Shown: in pieces, positions 32,763-43,137 of the stretch
Numbering within the stretch: position 1 is the stretch's first letter
How the letters are laid out: each line of letters begins with the position of its first letter
From: an uncultured delta proteobacterium
GTDB taxonomy: Bacteria > Desulfobacterota > Desulfobacteria > Desulfobacterales > QNYZ01
Length of the DNA: 64,000 bases
NCBI GenBank assembly: GCA_963845145.1
Contig: CAWJQU010000013.1
Coordinates: 96,001 to 160,000 of the forward strand
Direction: 5' to 3'
Program-made: the position numbers and the translations under genes
The notes under the pieces: model-generated
Told to the model about the DNA's origin: nothing
The model's database searches: none
The model's input: the letters and a program-made list of their open reading frames with translations, nothing else

Positions 32763-32869
32763 TTTTAAAAAAACAGTCAACGCTGCCGAAAAAGTGATTC
32801 ACATCAATCACGCATATTTCCGGGTATTGAAAAATTACGGAGATAATCACCGATTCCCAATAAGTTTCC

Positions 32870-33702
32870 TCACACCCGCGCAATGTTCCCTTCGATGAGC
32901 GACAAAATGCCTCTAATCATGATTGCCAACATACAGCGATTCACGATAGTGTATGCTTCCGTACAAGGTAGAGCGGTTACGTGTCTCCACCCTGCCGAAC
33001 TGAATTGCTGATGATCTACCGAATTTGAGGGCCAGTGGTAAAATCCCGCAGTTGCAACCACTAAGAGCCGATAACCCTTTTTGCGCACCCCATAACTTGC
33101 GTCTAAATCTTCGAGATAACTGTACCCTTCAAAATAGGGATCGAAGAAATCAGGCCCCAGCTGTCGACCGTCGCCAAATGCTGGCGGCACTCGGTAACCA
33201 CTCTGTTTCGATATTATGTGAAACAGAGTGAATCACCGTTTGCCATCCACTGGGCATCACACGACCCATCCAGGGGCTATAGAGGCCCACTCGCTCCATT
33301 AAGCATGACCGTTTCAGGCGGTTTACAGCCGTCGGCTGGGGATTGAGCAATTGAATGCAGCTCCCGCCACATCCATTGGGGCCGATTCCCAGAACCACGC
33401 CATATTCCATAGAGCATCGGGCGCAAAGGTGATATCATCGTCAAGAAAGCCCACCAATCCGTATCCGGAGGCTGCTATCCTCATCCCAGATTGCGTTGCG
33501 CCGACGCTGACGGACGTCCTTCGTATCTATGAAAAGAGATATTCAGCATGGGAAACTCTAACGGTAATGTCGTGGTGGGCACGGCACTGGCATCAACCAC
33601 AACAATCTGATACGGCAACGGTGTCTGTTTTGCAAGTTCATCCAAAACGGTTTGGATGTCCTGTGGCCGATCTTTTGTGGCGATTATGAGAGAAAGTTTC
33701 AT
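32870..33702 (-). pseudogene. GT2 family glycosyltransferase, multiply frameshifted
   Basis: MKLSLIIATKDRP...VVVDAS...SAQRNLG then fragments WLPSAASIWRR and FDPYFEGYSYLEDLDASY in different frames. Confidence 0.82.
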
Positions 33703-33730
33703 AAATTATTTAGATGAAGCCATGGTAGGA

Positions 33731-35001
33731 TTATTTGTCTGCCGATTTCATTATAATGGTATTGAAATACTGTTTAAACCAACCCCTCATTTGAGCACCG
33801 ATCGATGAGATATAATTCTTTTGATCATATTGGCAATGGGCAGTGGTATAAGGGATCGCATCGATCGGCGAAACGCCGGGTAACCTTAAACGCCGACCAT
33901 GGCAGTGGAGCAATTCCGGCGACGGTATTGCTATAACGAAATTAAAAAAGCGGTTATAGTCCGCGCCCATTCTTCTCAGGGAGAAACTCTCTTCAACAGC
34001 CTTTCGGGCGGCACTGGCCATTCGGGTTAATCGGATACGGTCGGCATGAAGCATTAAAACAGCCTCACAAAAGAGACCGCATTATCCACTTCACAAAGAA
34101 AGCCGTTTTCGCCATGGTCGACAATAAAATCGGTCACACCCGGCAGAAGTGTGAGACTACCGGGACAACGCCGGCGGACATGGCTTCCACAAGGGTATTG
34201 GGGAACCCATCAACATAAGACGGCATCAGAAGACAATCAAATTCTGGAAGTTGTCAAGCTACTTCATTGGATGGGTACCATCCCATGCAGCCATACATGG
34301 CCCTCGACCCGAGCTTAGCGATTGACTTTTCCATAGGCCCCTTATCCGGCCCATCACCAAAAACCTCGAAACTAAGGGAACATTTGCCTTTTTAAGATAT
34401 TCCGGCAATGTGCGGAAGAGCAAAACCCCTTTTGTCTGATGGTCCAGCCGCCCACAAAAATTAACTTGAATGCTGCATTATCCTTGTATATTTTTTGTCT
34501 GTCGGTTAAAAAAGTTCCGTATCAACGCCGTGTGGAATGAGCGATACCTTTTCTTCCAAAACATCCTTCGCCAACAACCCTTCTTTCTGGCGGGGAGTCA
34601 TGACAATGGCACCAGCTAAGCGTTCCGGATAGATGGCGCTGATGCGGTAAGCGAACGTCGTTGAACTACTGCATCTCGTCACCAATCGGATAGAGGTAGG
34701 AAGATGCGGCATGCAGGTAGACAGCGATGCTGTCATCCATAGGGATCAGAATGTCGATCTTGTTTTCTTCAAGCCATCCGGCAAGCGCCTTGGCCGCATC
34801 GACTCTTTGATGGACATCGGGTGCAACAAGATGGCACCCTTCATCGGCAAACGAGTGATCCCATCTTTCGGCAGCTGTCGATCCGAGGCATACGGCCCGC
34901 ACGTCCCAGTTATATTCGATGAGAGAACATCTTAAATTATTGTAAAAACGAAACAATCCTCCAGACTCGGGGATAACACTATAGGCAATCCTCCGGTTCA
35001 T
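33731..35001 (-). pseudogene. GT4 family glycosyltransferase, multiply frameshifted
   Basis: Fragments MNRRIAYSVIPESGG, LIPHGVDTELF, MPSYVDGFPNTLVEAMSAG (read at ~34170-34230) and FSLRRMGADY in several frames. Confidence 0.8.
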
Positions 35002-36400
35002 CAGAAAACTTCGTAAATTACTTTATGTCTGATGATACTCTGTTCTCCCTTATTGTTTAGAATGCTTAGATAAGCCATAGCTGGTAACATCACCATGAGA
35101 TCAACACCGAACATGGCTCCGCAGACTTCGGGGATGCTTCGAACAGTGAAAAAAGCGAGAATGCCCCCGGTTTGCAGCAACATGTTGTGCTGACCCACTT
35201 GAGCGGCAGTTTTTTTTAATATTGCTTGAAAAAATAGGGCCCATGCCCACACCAAACCACCAACAAAAGCAGCAGTGCCGAGGACTCCCGATTGTAAAAG
35301 TGCATACAGGTAAGTGTTATGAACATGTTCTTTAATATAATAACGATCTGCCTGGGGACCTCGCCCGATAATTGGTGCTTTTTTTAATTTGATGCCAGGC
35401 CTTTTTCCACGCGCGAGTCCGGCCGGTGAGTGTTTTAAGTTGCTCGTAATTTTGACCACGATAGAAATGTCTTTTTATATATTTTGCTGTATTATCCGGA
35501 ATGGTTTCCGTAGAAATAGAGCAAACCAACGGCTATCAGTACCAATAATACCAAAAAGCCTAGATCGGGAGCCTAAGAAAAGAAGGATAAAAGCCATAGC
35601 AAATGTAAGCCCTAGAATGGCCCCCCTGGATTGCATGGCCCAAATCAATGCGGCGGAAAAGAAAGAAAGGGATTAGCCATAACAGGCGAGTTTCTATTTG
35701 ATCCGTTTATTAAAAAAACAAAGGCAACAATTCCGGGGACGGCGGCAAATCGGGCCATGCCTGATGAACGGGACATGGCCATGTCGGTAATGTTTTTCAT
35801 ACGACCCACAACACCATATCCGGTTATCCATCCGTATCGGGCATCCACAAACAATACATCTCTGGCGGTAAAGACCAGAATTATAAGGAAAAGCGTTGTT
35901 ATAAGCCAGTTCAAGTAGTTTAGATGTTTAGCTTTTTCGAGTAATTTTTCTCCTTGAAGATAATAGTTATTGTAGAAAATACAGCGAGATAGCTGAGTGC
36001 CCAGTATGCATTATCGATAGGACGCGGTGAATTAATACAACTAATCAGACTGATTAACCCGTAAATCAGCCATAATTTAGCAGGCCCGATCGAAGTTAAG
36101 GATGTGCCATCCCCTCCTTTGGGAAGGATGAGAGTTGTAAGGACGATGACAATTAATGGGAAAGTCGTCCTAAAAAAATGTAGCCACGCTATCAAGCTAC
36201 TTGGATTTTTTTTAAAACCCATGGTCCTGTGTTAATCCCCAACCATACGGCCATTAGCATTAGCGCCGGCAAGGAGGTGTAGTAGACGATCAATTTGGTA
36301 CGATTGAGTGAGGATGGAGGGTAATTTGAGGACAATAGGCTTTACTCTAACAATCTTTTCGGTTGTCGGTGTGTATCTGTGGACAATTAATTCTTGTCAT
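35001..36400 (-). pseudogene. Wzy-type polymerase / O-antigen ligase family membrane protein, multiply frameshifted
   Basis: Hydrophobic fragments 35920..36222, 35645..35914, QSRGAILG near 35610-35635, and PIIGRGPQADR...HVHNTYLYALLQSG in 35001..35459. Confidence 0.75.
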
Positions 36401-36458
36401 TCTTAAATAATAAATCGGCAATTTTCCAATGAATCGCACTCTCTCTTTATTTCGACAT

Positions 36459-36763
36459 GAGGCCCTTGCACAACTATAGATCGGAGCAATTTTCACAAAT
36501 ATTTTTCACCAAATTGTCCTAAAATTGAGCATTAAAGATTCAACAACTGTTTAATTCCAAAATGTTGGTATCCGCTTCACTACTCTTAAATCTCTAATTT
36601 ACTAATTTTATTGATATTAAATCGGCTACCAAATTTCATACTTATCTCTGATATGTTCAAGTTTTTCAACATATTAAGTCTTTACCCAAAATTTTTAGGG
36701 GAGTGAAGTGGATGCCCCCCTTCTAAAATATATTCTATTGATCTGTGGTTATGCAAAGGTCTC
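36459..36763. mobile_element. 305-bp non-autonomous IS5-type MITE
   Basis: IRs GAGGCCCTTGCACAACTATAGATC / GAGACCTTTGCATAACCACAGATC (19/24), exact 5-bp target duplication GACAT, no ORF. Confidence 0.8.
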
Positions 36764-36836
36764 GACATAAGAAAGTAAGTTCCTCGTACCAGTTTTTCGG
36801 TATTTATTATTGCGGTGCTTGGCGGCGATCCCTGGC

Positions 36837-36929
36837 CTAATTGGGAATTCTGCCACCTTCCAAAGTCGCTTCGATGAGCTTTTTAATCATCGGGGTCAGG
36901 ACACCTTTGCCTGACAACGGCTTCAGCAT
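36837..36929 (-). pseudogene. IS256-like transposase N-terminal remnant
   Basis: Translates KPLSGKGVLTPMIKKLIEATLEG, resembling the G..GVLTP.IK.L.EA.LE.E start of IS256-family transposases. Confidence 0.55.
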
Positions 36930-36945
36930 ACGAAACGCTTTTAAA

Positions 36946-37827
36946 TTAGCTTATAATTTTCTTAAGTTTGCGGACTGCGCGTTTGAAAATTGTATGCCAT
37001 TTTTGGTTACCCGATTTGTTGATGAACCCTAAACGAATCCACCAAGGTAACCATCCAAAATTTATCAACCTTAATCGAATAATTTCCTTCTTTAAATCAT
37101 CTGAACTCCACTTTTCATATTCAAAAAATTTTTCTTTCGCAAACTGATCACCATAACTAACGTTATCCGGTCCAAACAAACCGCTAATGGCCAATTCTCC
37201 ACTTAGGGTGGCTTGCCCTAGCCTGGCCTCTTTTCTTATTAAAAAATTTTCCCAAACTTTTTCGTGATTAACACAATGCAAAGCAACCCTCTCCCAAAGG
37301 TTTTGAATATCACCATATCTGATTTTTACCCCTCTATGCAGGCCAAAATGGAATGCCTGAAATAATGAAGGATTTTTACAGTGGCTAACGACACCATCAA
37401 GACCTTGGATGCTAAAGAGACTTTTTTCGTCAGGTACAGGATTCTGGTCTGTGAAAAGTCCATCATGCTTCATGGGGAACTTTACATCATTGCGGTAAAT
37501 ATTCACTGCTGGAATCAATCTTTCCGTAAAATAATCATAGACCGGTAAGGAGAGCAGTTGCATCCAAGGTCTAAGTTCAAACTCTTCCACGACATGCTCT
37601 AAAAAACGACTATCCTCAATCACCATGTCAGCATCAAGCTTCATGAAAATGTCAAATTCCCCTGAATTTTGCATGAACTTTTTATAAACTTCATCAGCCG
37701 CATGTTTTTTTGGTAGATTGTCTAAGACAAAATATTCAAAGTTCTTGTCCGTCTGTTGCTGCAATGCATTTATACACTCCTGATATTCATTTTCAATACA
37801 ATGCAGAATACCGATTAGGATCCTCAT
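36946..37827 (-). CDS. Putative GT-A fold glycosyltransferase
   Basis: CINALQQQTDKNFEYFV, FMKLDADMV (DxD); AT-rich. Confidence 0.6.
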   Translation of the reverse strand: MRILIGILHCIENEYQECINALQQQTDKNFEYFVLDNLPKKHAADEVYKKFMQNSGEFDIFMKLDADMVIEDSRFLEHVVEEFELRPWMQLLSLPVYDYFTERLIPAVNIYRNDVKFPMKHDGLFTDQNPVPDEKSLFSIQGLDGVVSHCKNPSLFQAFHFGLHRGVKIRYGDIQNLWERVALHCVNHEKVWENFLIRKEARLGQATLSGELAISGLFGPDNVSYGDQFAKEKFFEYEKWSSDDLKKEIIRLRLINFGWLPWWIRLGFINKSGNQKWHTIFKRAVRKLKKIIS

Positions 37828-37933
37828 ACCATCAACTCCGGAAGCGAATAATACCTTGTCTTTCTCATTTTTTCGGCAATATTTTCTCTACCCTGTAGTT
37901 GCATAAAAAATTAGAAAAGGAGTAGTTAAAAGC

Positions 37934-39385
37934 TTGCGGAGGCCCACGGATAAAGGTTATAAAATGTTTACGACAACAAAAATAACACTATCCAGGAGGC
38001 CACCGCAAGTGAAGTCCAGTAAATCACAAATTCATGCAAAATACCATAAAATTCCTCTAATTCGGTTTGAAGATCAACAACTGACATCCTTTTCAGGGTT
38101 ACTGATATTTCAACTGCTTTTTAAAAACATCAATCTCAAGCAAAAGCTAAAAAAATGCTTTGCTCATTTAAAAGTATCTCCCATCTTCGGCCACCATTTA
38201 GTTGTCATGTTGCTCATCATTCACTTGTTGCTCGGATTCCGCAGGTTGCGGGAAGTCGACTACTATCGGGATGATCCCATCGTTCTTCGTCTGATGGGGC
38301 TTCGCAAAATACCGGATGTATCAACCGTTTCACGCACGCTGTCAAAAATGGAACCGGAAGGTATTGAAAATTTACGTATTTTATCCCGAACGCTGGTGGT
38401 CGAAGGCCTTCAGCGTGAACGGTTTCCGCGAATAACCCTTGATTTCGATGGCTCCGTGATATCTACCAAAGGTCACGCCGAAGGCTCTGCGGTTGGATTC
38501 AACAAAGCTAAAAAGGGTGCCCGTAGCTACTATCCCCTGTTCTGTACCGTGGCCCAAACGGGCCAGTTCTTCGATCTGCATCACCGTCCGGGAAATGTCC
38601 ACGATTCCAATGGCGCCGCCCAATTCATGCAAACGTGTTTTGAAAAAGTTAAATCACAGCTAAATGGCGTTATCCTTGAATCCCGCATGGACTCAGCCTT
38701 CTTCAGTCAGGATATTCTTTCGACAATCGATGGCCGGCAGGTTAAATTTACCGCCGCGGTTCCTTTTGAACGATTTTCCCAACTGAAAATAATGGTTGAA
38801 AATCGCAAGCGCTGGCACAAGATCGATGCGCAATGGTCTTATTTTGAAACCCAGTGGAAACCCAAATCCTGGGAGAGCCCGTATCGTTTTATTTTCATAA
38901 GAAAGAAAAACAAAAAACAACACAAAGGCCCATTACAGTTGAGTCTTTTTGAACCGTTCGACGTCGATTACGATTACAAGGTCGTTGTGACCAATAAATC
39001 CGAGTCTGCCAAGAATGTCGTTTTGTTCCACAATGGGCGCGGATCCCAAGAAGCGGTCTTTGGTGATGCCAAAAACGATACTGCCCTGGATGTCATTCCC
39101 TGTAGACGTCTTTGTGCAAATCAGGTTTTTACCATTAGTGCTATGATGGCGCACAACCTGTCACGCGAAATACAGATGCTTGCACGCCCCTGCTTTCCAC
39201 GCGCACGAGCAAAACGTCCTGCGGCATGGAGATTCGAAAAGCTGAACACGATCCGGCATCGAATTATTCAAAGAGCCGGCCGACTCATCAACCCTCAAGG
39301 AAAGCTCACACTTACAATGAGTGCCAATCAGGCCGTAAAAAAAGATCTCCTTCATTTTCTAAACGTTTTGCAGAAAGCAGCTTGA
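37934..39385 (+). CDS. IS1380-family DDE transposase
   Basis: LTSFSGL, TLDFDGSV, SYYPLFC, SRMDSAF, HNGRGSQE motifs. Confidence 0.92.
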   Translation: MRRPTDKGYKMFTTTKITLSRRPPQVKSSKSQIHAKYHKIPLIRFEDQQLTSFSGLLIFQLLFKNINLKQKLKKCFAHLKVSPIFGHHLVVMLLIIHLLLGFRRLREVDYYRDDPIVLRLMGLRKIPDVSTVSRTLSKMEPEGIENLRILSRTLVVEGLQRERFPRITLDFDGSVISTKGHAEGSAVGFNKAKKGARSYYPLFCTVAQTGQFFDLHHRPGNVHDSNGAAQFMQTCFEKVKSQLNGVILESRMDSAFFSQDILSTIDGRQVKFTAAVPFERFSQLKIMVENRKRWHKIDAQWSYFETQWKPKSWESPYRFIFIRKKNKKQHKGPLQLSLFEPFDVDYDYKVVVTNKSESAKNVVLFHNGRGSQEAVFGDAKNDTALDVIPCRRLCANQVFTISAMMAHNLSREIQMLARPCFPRARAKRPAAWRFEKLNTIRHRIIQRAGRLINPQGKLTLTMSANQAVKKDLLHFLNVLQKAA

Positions 39386-39411
39386 TTTGGATAAAAATTG
39401 TCTAAACATTT

Positions 39412-40762
39412 GGTTCTTCTCCAAATTAGTTGGAGAAGTTTTGGTAAATTTTCAGCGTAAAGTACCGCAGGTCGTGGAATCCAAAAGATTTACGCTTAAT
39501 GACTTTTATTTTGTTATTAACCCCTTCAAGCCTGCCGGTATTAATCGGGTAAGTACAATGGTTAAGAATGCCATATCGATACCGATTCAGCATTCTGATA
39601 AATGCATTTACCGAAGGGTTGTTTAAGGTTTGGGCCAGTGTACACCAGTTATCCAGTGCCTTGGCCGCCCATGCTCTATATCGATATGTCCAGATGTTTT
39701 TTAGTTCTTCCTTAAGGATCATGACCGTATTAATGGTTTCATTAAGTGATAGCAGCTCTTTAAGATGCCGGCGCTGTTCCGAAGTTTTGATATTTTCACG
39801 GTTTTTTAACAACAGATACTTGGTGCCTTTATAAACGGATTTATCAACATCATTGGCCTTTTGATATTCACTATTACGTACCTTGTCGATCACCTTGTTG
39901 AAACTTGAGACCACATGGAAAAAATCGAAGACGATTTTCACGTGAGGGACTTTATTATTAACAGCCTTGATGAATGGATCCCACATGTCCATCGCCACGG
40001 CTTGGATATTGTTGCGTTGCTCATCGCTTAGCTGGTCAAAAAACTGCTCAAGGGTCTTGGCCCGCCGGTCCTTGCCGACAAAGACCACGCGACCGCTTTG
40101 ATAGTCCAGAACGATTGTCAGATAGCGATGACCTTTGCGAATGGAAATCTCGTCTACGGCCAAGATACTTAGTCCGTTTAAATCGGGTTGGCCAAAGTCG
40201 CGTTCCAGATAATATTTGTCGATGTTTTTGACGGTTTTCCAATCCAGATCCAGGTGTCGAGCGACCTCCGAAACGGTCATAAAATGACATAGCTGGTAAA
40301 TGTAAAGAGCCATCCGACGGGTTACACGCATGTACGGATGGAATAGTTCCAGATCTTCGATATGAATTGCGTGGCAATGGGCGCAAATAATTTTTCGATA
40401 GCGGCAATCGAGCCAAACCTTTGCCGTTGCCATGTTCAGATCTCTGACACGACGCCGTGTCCAGCTGTGAATGGGAGCATCGGCAAGACCGCACCCATGA
40501 CAGATCGGAGCGAACCGCCTGTCGGGTTGTACCTTTATATGAGCCGTATCGGCTTCGGCGGTAACGCTCTGATTTATGATTTTGATTCGACGAAAGGGGA
40601 AATAAGATGCTATAGTGGGCATGGACATCGCAGGCCTCCTTTGAATATTGTTTTTCTTTGTCGATAAAACAAATATCCTTTAGAGGTACCGGGTGTCCAT
40701 TTTGTTTTTGTTGATAGCCCAATTATCCGCCTATTTTACTCCAACTAATTTGGAGAAGAACC
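39412..40762 (-). mobile_element. ISL3-family insertion sequence
   Basis: Perfect 24-bp IR GGTTCTTCTCCAAATTAGTTGGAG, 8-bp target duplication AAACATTT (39404-39411, 40763-40770). Confidence 0.96.
39426..40628 (-). CDS. ISL3-family transposase
   Basis: CHGC/CAHC zinc finger, AVDEISIRKGHRYLT, AMDMW, FDFFHV, EGVNNKIKVIKR. Confidence 0.96.
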   Translation of the reverse strand: MSMPTIASYFPFRRIKIINQSVTAEADTAHIKVQPDRRFAPICHGCGLADAPIHSWTRRRVRDLNMATAKVWLDCRYRKIICAHCHAIHIEDLELFHPYMRVTRRMALYIYQLCHFMTVSEVARHLDLDWKTVKNIDKYYLERDFGQPDLNGLSILAVDEISIRKGHRYLTIVLDYQSGRVVFVGKDRRAKTLEQFFDQLSDEQRNNIQAVAMDMWDPFIKAVNNKVPHVKIVFDFFHVVSSFNKVIDKVRNSEYQKANDVDKSVYKGTKYLLLKNRENIKTSEQRRHLKELLSLNETINTVMILKEELKNIWTYRYRAWAAKALDNWCTLAQTLNNPSVNAFIRMLNRYRYGILNHCTYPINTGRLEGVNNKIKVIKRKSFGFHDLRYFTLKIYQNFSN

Positions 40763-40870
40763 AAACATTTTTATGCAACGTCAGGGTTTACCTTTGCCGA
40801 CATTTGACCCATCACTGACAAAAACGAACTCAACGTATTTATTAATAATTAAATGTTCGATGGGATCCTT

Positions 40871-41503
40871 CTAAAACATTTTTTGGAGCCTGAAAAATCT
40901 GTGCTCAGGTTTTTCACTGATTAGATATGTATTTAACACATTAAAACCCGACGACTCCATCTCTTTAATAATGCGTTTAAGTGGATAATGACTACGGCCT
41001 ATTTCCCAGTAGTGCTCATCAGTCATCCTCATAGACTTCTTGGTTAACCGTTGAAAGGAAAAGGAAAAGTCACGCTTTCCAAGTCTAGGCAAAATTATTT
41101 TCACACTGAAAAGATGGCGGACGTCTGGCAAACTGATCATGGCATATTTACAGGTTATTCGAGATATCTCTGACAATACTCTGGGAAGATATTTATAAGG
41201 TAGATGCTCCAAGACTTCAAAACATCCAACCAAATCAAAGGCATTGTCCGAAAAAGGCATATCGATTACTGAAGCGACAATGTCTGGATTTAGATTGGCA
41301 TCTAAATCGAGTGTCGTCACCTCAAGCCCCACTTTACGAAGAATATCTGAAACGAACCCATTGCCAATACCCACTTCGAGAACCTTCTCGGGATTACAAT
41401 TCAGTATCTCCTGAACCTGGTGTCCATAGGAGGCAAACCTTTCCGGCGAAATATAGTGCCGCTTAAAATAGTGACTTCGTTCAACCTGCGGTTTATAATC
41501 CAC
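40871..41503 (-). CDS. Class I SAM-dependent methyltransferase
   Basis: VLEVGIGNG, PFSDNAFDLVGCFEVLEHL, EHYWEIG. Confidence 0.9.
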   Translation of the reverse strand: MDYKPQVERSHYFKRHYISPERFASYGHQVQEILNCNPEKVLEVGIGNGFVSDILRKVGLEVTTLDLDANLNPDIVASVIDMPFSDNAFDLVGCFEVLEHLPYKYLPRVLSEISRITCKYAMISLPDVRHLFSVKIILPRLGKRDFSFSFQRLTKKSMRMTDEHYWEIGRSHYPLKRIIKEMESSGFNVLNTYLISEKPEHRFFRLQKMF

Positions 41504-41521
41504 TTCAATATCTCCTTATTT

Positions 41522-43030
41522 TCATATAGCGCTTTTAATTTTATCAATCAAACTTCTCAGCAGGCTATAATGAGAGTACCGCCAAGTCAGCCATGCTATG
41601 GTTAAAGTAAACACGCCTGATATTGCAATTTCAATGATTAATAGTTGGAAAGGGTAAAAATCGCTGAGCGCCAATTTCACCACAAACAACCCAAAAAATG
41701 TGGCTCCACCAAAAAGAAGACCTAAATGAAAGCAACCGGCAAGATGAGACCATGATACACCTGTCAAGTCTTTCACCTTAAGCCATATAGGAAGCGTTGC
41801 TGTCAGCCCTAAAACAACTGAAATAGACGTCCCGGAGGTACTACATGTTACGGTAAGCGGGTAAATCGTCATGGCGACCATAAGCACACGGACCAAATTC
41901 ATCCAGAAATCCCACTTTGGGTGACCGCTTCCCAAAAAGAGTGGCCCACCGGTAGCAACAACAGCTCTGATAAACCCAGCGAATGCCAAAATTTGAAGAG
42001 GTGCGATGGCAGGCGCCCATTTTGAGCCCAGCACACCATGGACAATTTCGGGTGCAGCCATAATGATAAATACCGTCAACGGAGTTGCAAGCATTAGAAC
42101 TACCTCAAGGGTCTTGATAAATCCGCGACCAAGACGCTCTTTATCATTCTGTACTATCGCATAAGTCGGCATCATGACTAAACTGATCAGCTTTGTGATA
42201 CTGTTGGACGCGATATTGGAGACCCTATAAGCTAATTGGTAGAAACCAAGGGCTGTTACACCAAGCATCTTTCCCAAAAAGGCATCATCGCCTTGGGTCG
42301 CAAGGAATATGACAATTGAGCTGCCAAATAACCAGCGGCCATATCCGAAAAGTTTGGTCACTTTTTTCCTGTCGAGCTGGAATCGCGGGCGGTAGGCGTG
42401 GAAAAAGTATGAGAGAAGGCATCGAAAGGCTTCCTCAATCAGAACAGCCCATACGAGAGCCCATACGTTTCGAAGATAATAGGCCAGCAGGATTGCAATA
42501 GTGAAAGGTAAAATCGTCGAGCCGATGTCGTAAACAAACTGTTTTTTAAAATTGAGTTCTTTCCTGAGGTAAATGATCCCAGGGTTGCCGAATCCTGAGA
42601 CAAAGAGGCCGATACACATGACGCGGATTAATGGAATCACCCTGGGTTCATGAAAGAACCATGCCACCCATGGTGCTGATACGAATAACACCAGGGACAA
42701 AAGGAAGCCCCGGATAACTTGGACTGTCCAGGCCACATCCAGATACAGTTCCGTCTTTTCTTTACGTTGTATGAGCGCGGCACCAAAGCCTGTCTGTGTA
42801 AATGTTTCAAATGCGCTGATCGTCAGAAAAACGATACCGAACAAACCGAAATCTTCAGGAACAAGCAGCCGGGCTAGAACGATCAGCTTGATAAAGTTGA
42901 GACCCCGGATCGTAAGCGCTCCGGCGGATGCCCAGCCCATACCTTTAACGACCTTGGCGGTTAAAGAAAGGCTATTTCGACGCGTATTACCATTGGCTTC
43001 CTTTTCACAAAAATTGGGGCTGTTTTTCAT
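41522..43030 (-). CDS. wzx: Wzx flippase (WzxC-like)
   Basis: LARLLVPEDFGLFG, GFGAALIQ, LGFYQLAYR; 12-14 predicted TM segments. Confidence 0.92.
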   Translation of the reverse strand: MKNSPNFCEKEANGNTRRNSLSLTAKVVKGMGWASAGALTIRGLNFIKLIVLARLLVPEDFGLFGIVFLTISAFETFTQTGFGAALIQRKEKTELYLDVAWTVQVIRGFLLSLVLFVSAPWVAWFFHEPRVIPLIRVMCIGLFVSGFGNPGIIYLRKELNFKKQFVYDIGSTILPFTIAILLAYYLRNVWALVWAVLIEEAFRCLLSYFFHAYRPRFQLDRKKVTKLFGYGRWLFGSSIVIFLATQGDDAFLGKMLGVTALGFYQLAYRVSNIASNSITKLISLVMMPTYAIVQNDKERLGRGFIKTLEVVLMLATPLTVFIIMAAPEIVHGVLGSKWAPAIAPLQILAFAGFIRAVVATGGPLFLGSGHPKWDFWMNLVRVLMVAMTIYPLTVTCSTSGTSISVVLGLTATLPIWLKVKDLTGVSWSHLAGCFHLGLLFGGATFFGLFVVKLALSDFYPFQLLIIEIAISGVFTLTIAWLTWRYSHYSLLRSLIDKIKSAI

Positions 43031-43137
43031 TTGCTATTTAATAGAAACCGGTATTACGGATATAATCGGTCACTCCTAACACGATATTTCATGGTTATCT
43101 ATACTCCATTAATTTGCGATTAAGGTCCTCTGAGTAT

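Larger units (their letters stand above)
37891..40786 (+). mobile_element. IS1380-family element interrupted by ISL3
   Basis: IRs CCCTGTAGTTGCATAAAAA / CCCTGACGTTGCATAAAAA (17/19); 1537 bp after removing ISL3 and one target copy. Confidence 0.9.

Noticed and set aside
37887..40790. Perfect target duplication for IS1380
   Set aside because: Flanks read TCTA and TTTA, one mismatch, so not claimed
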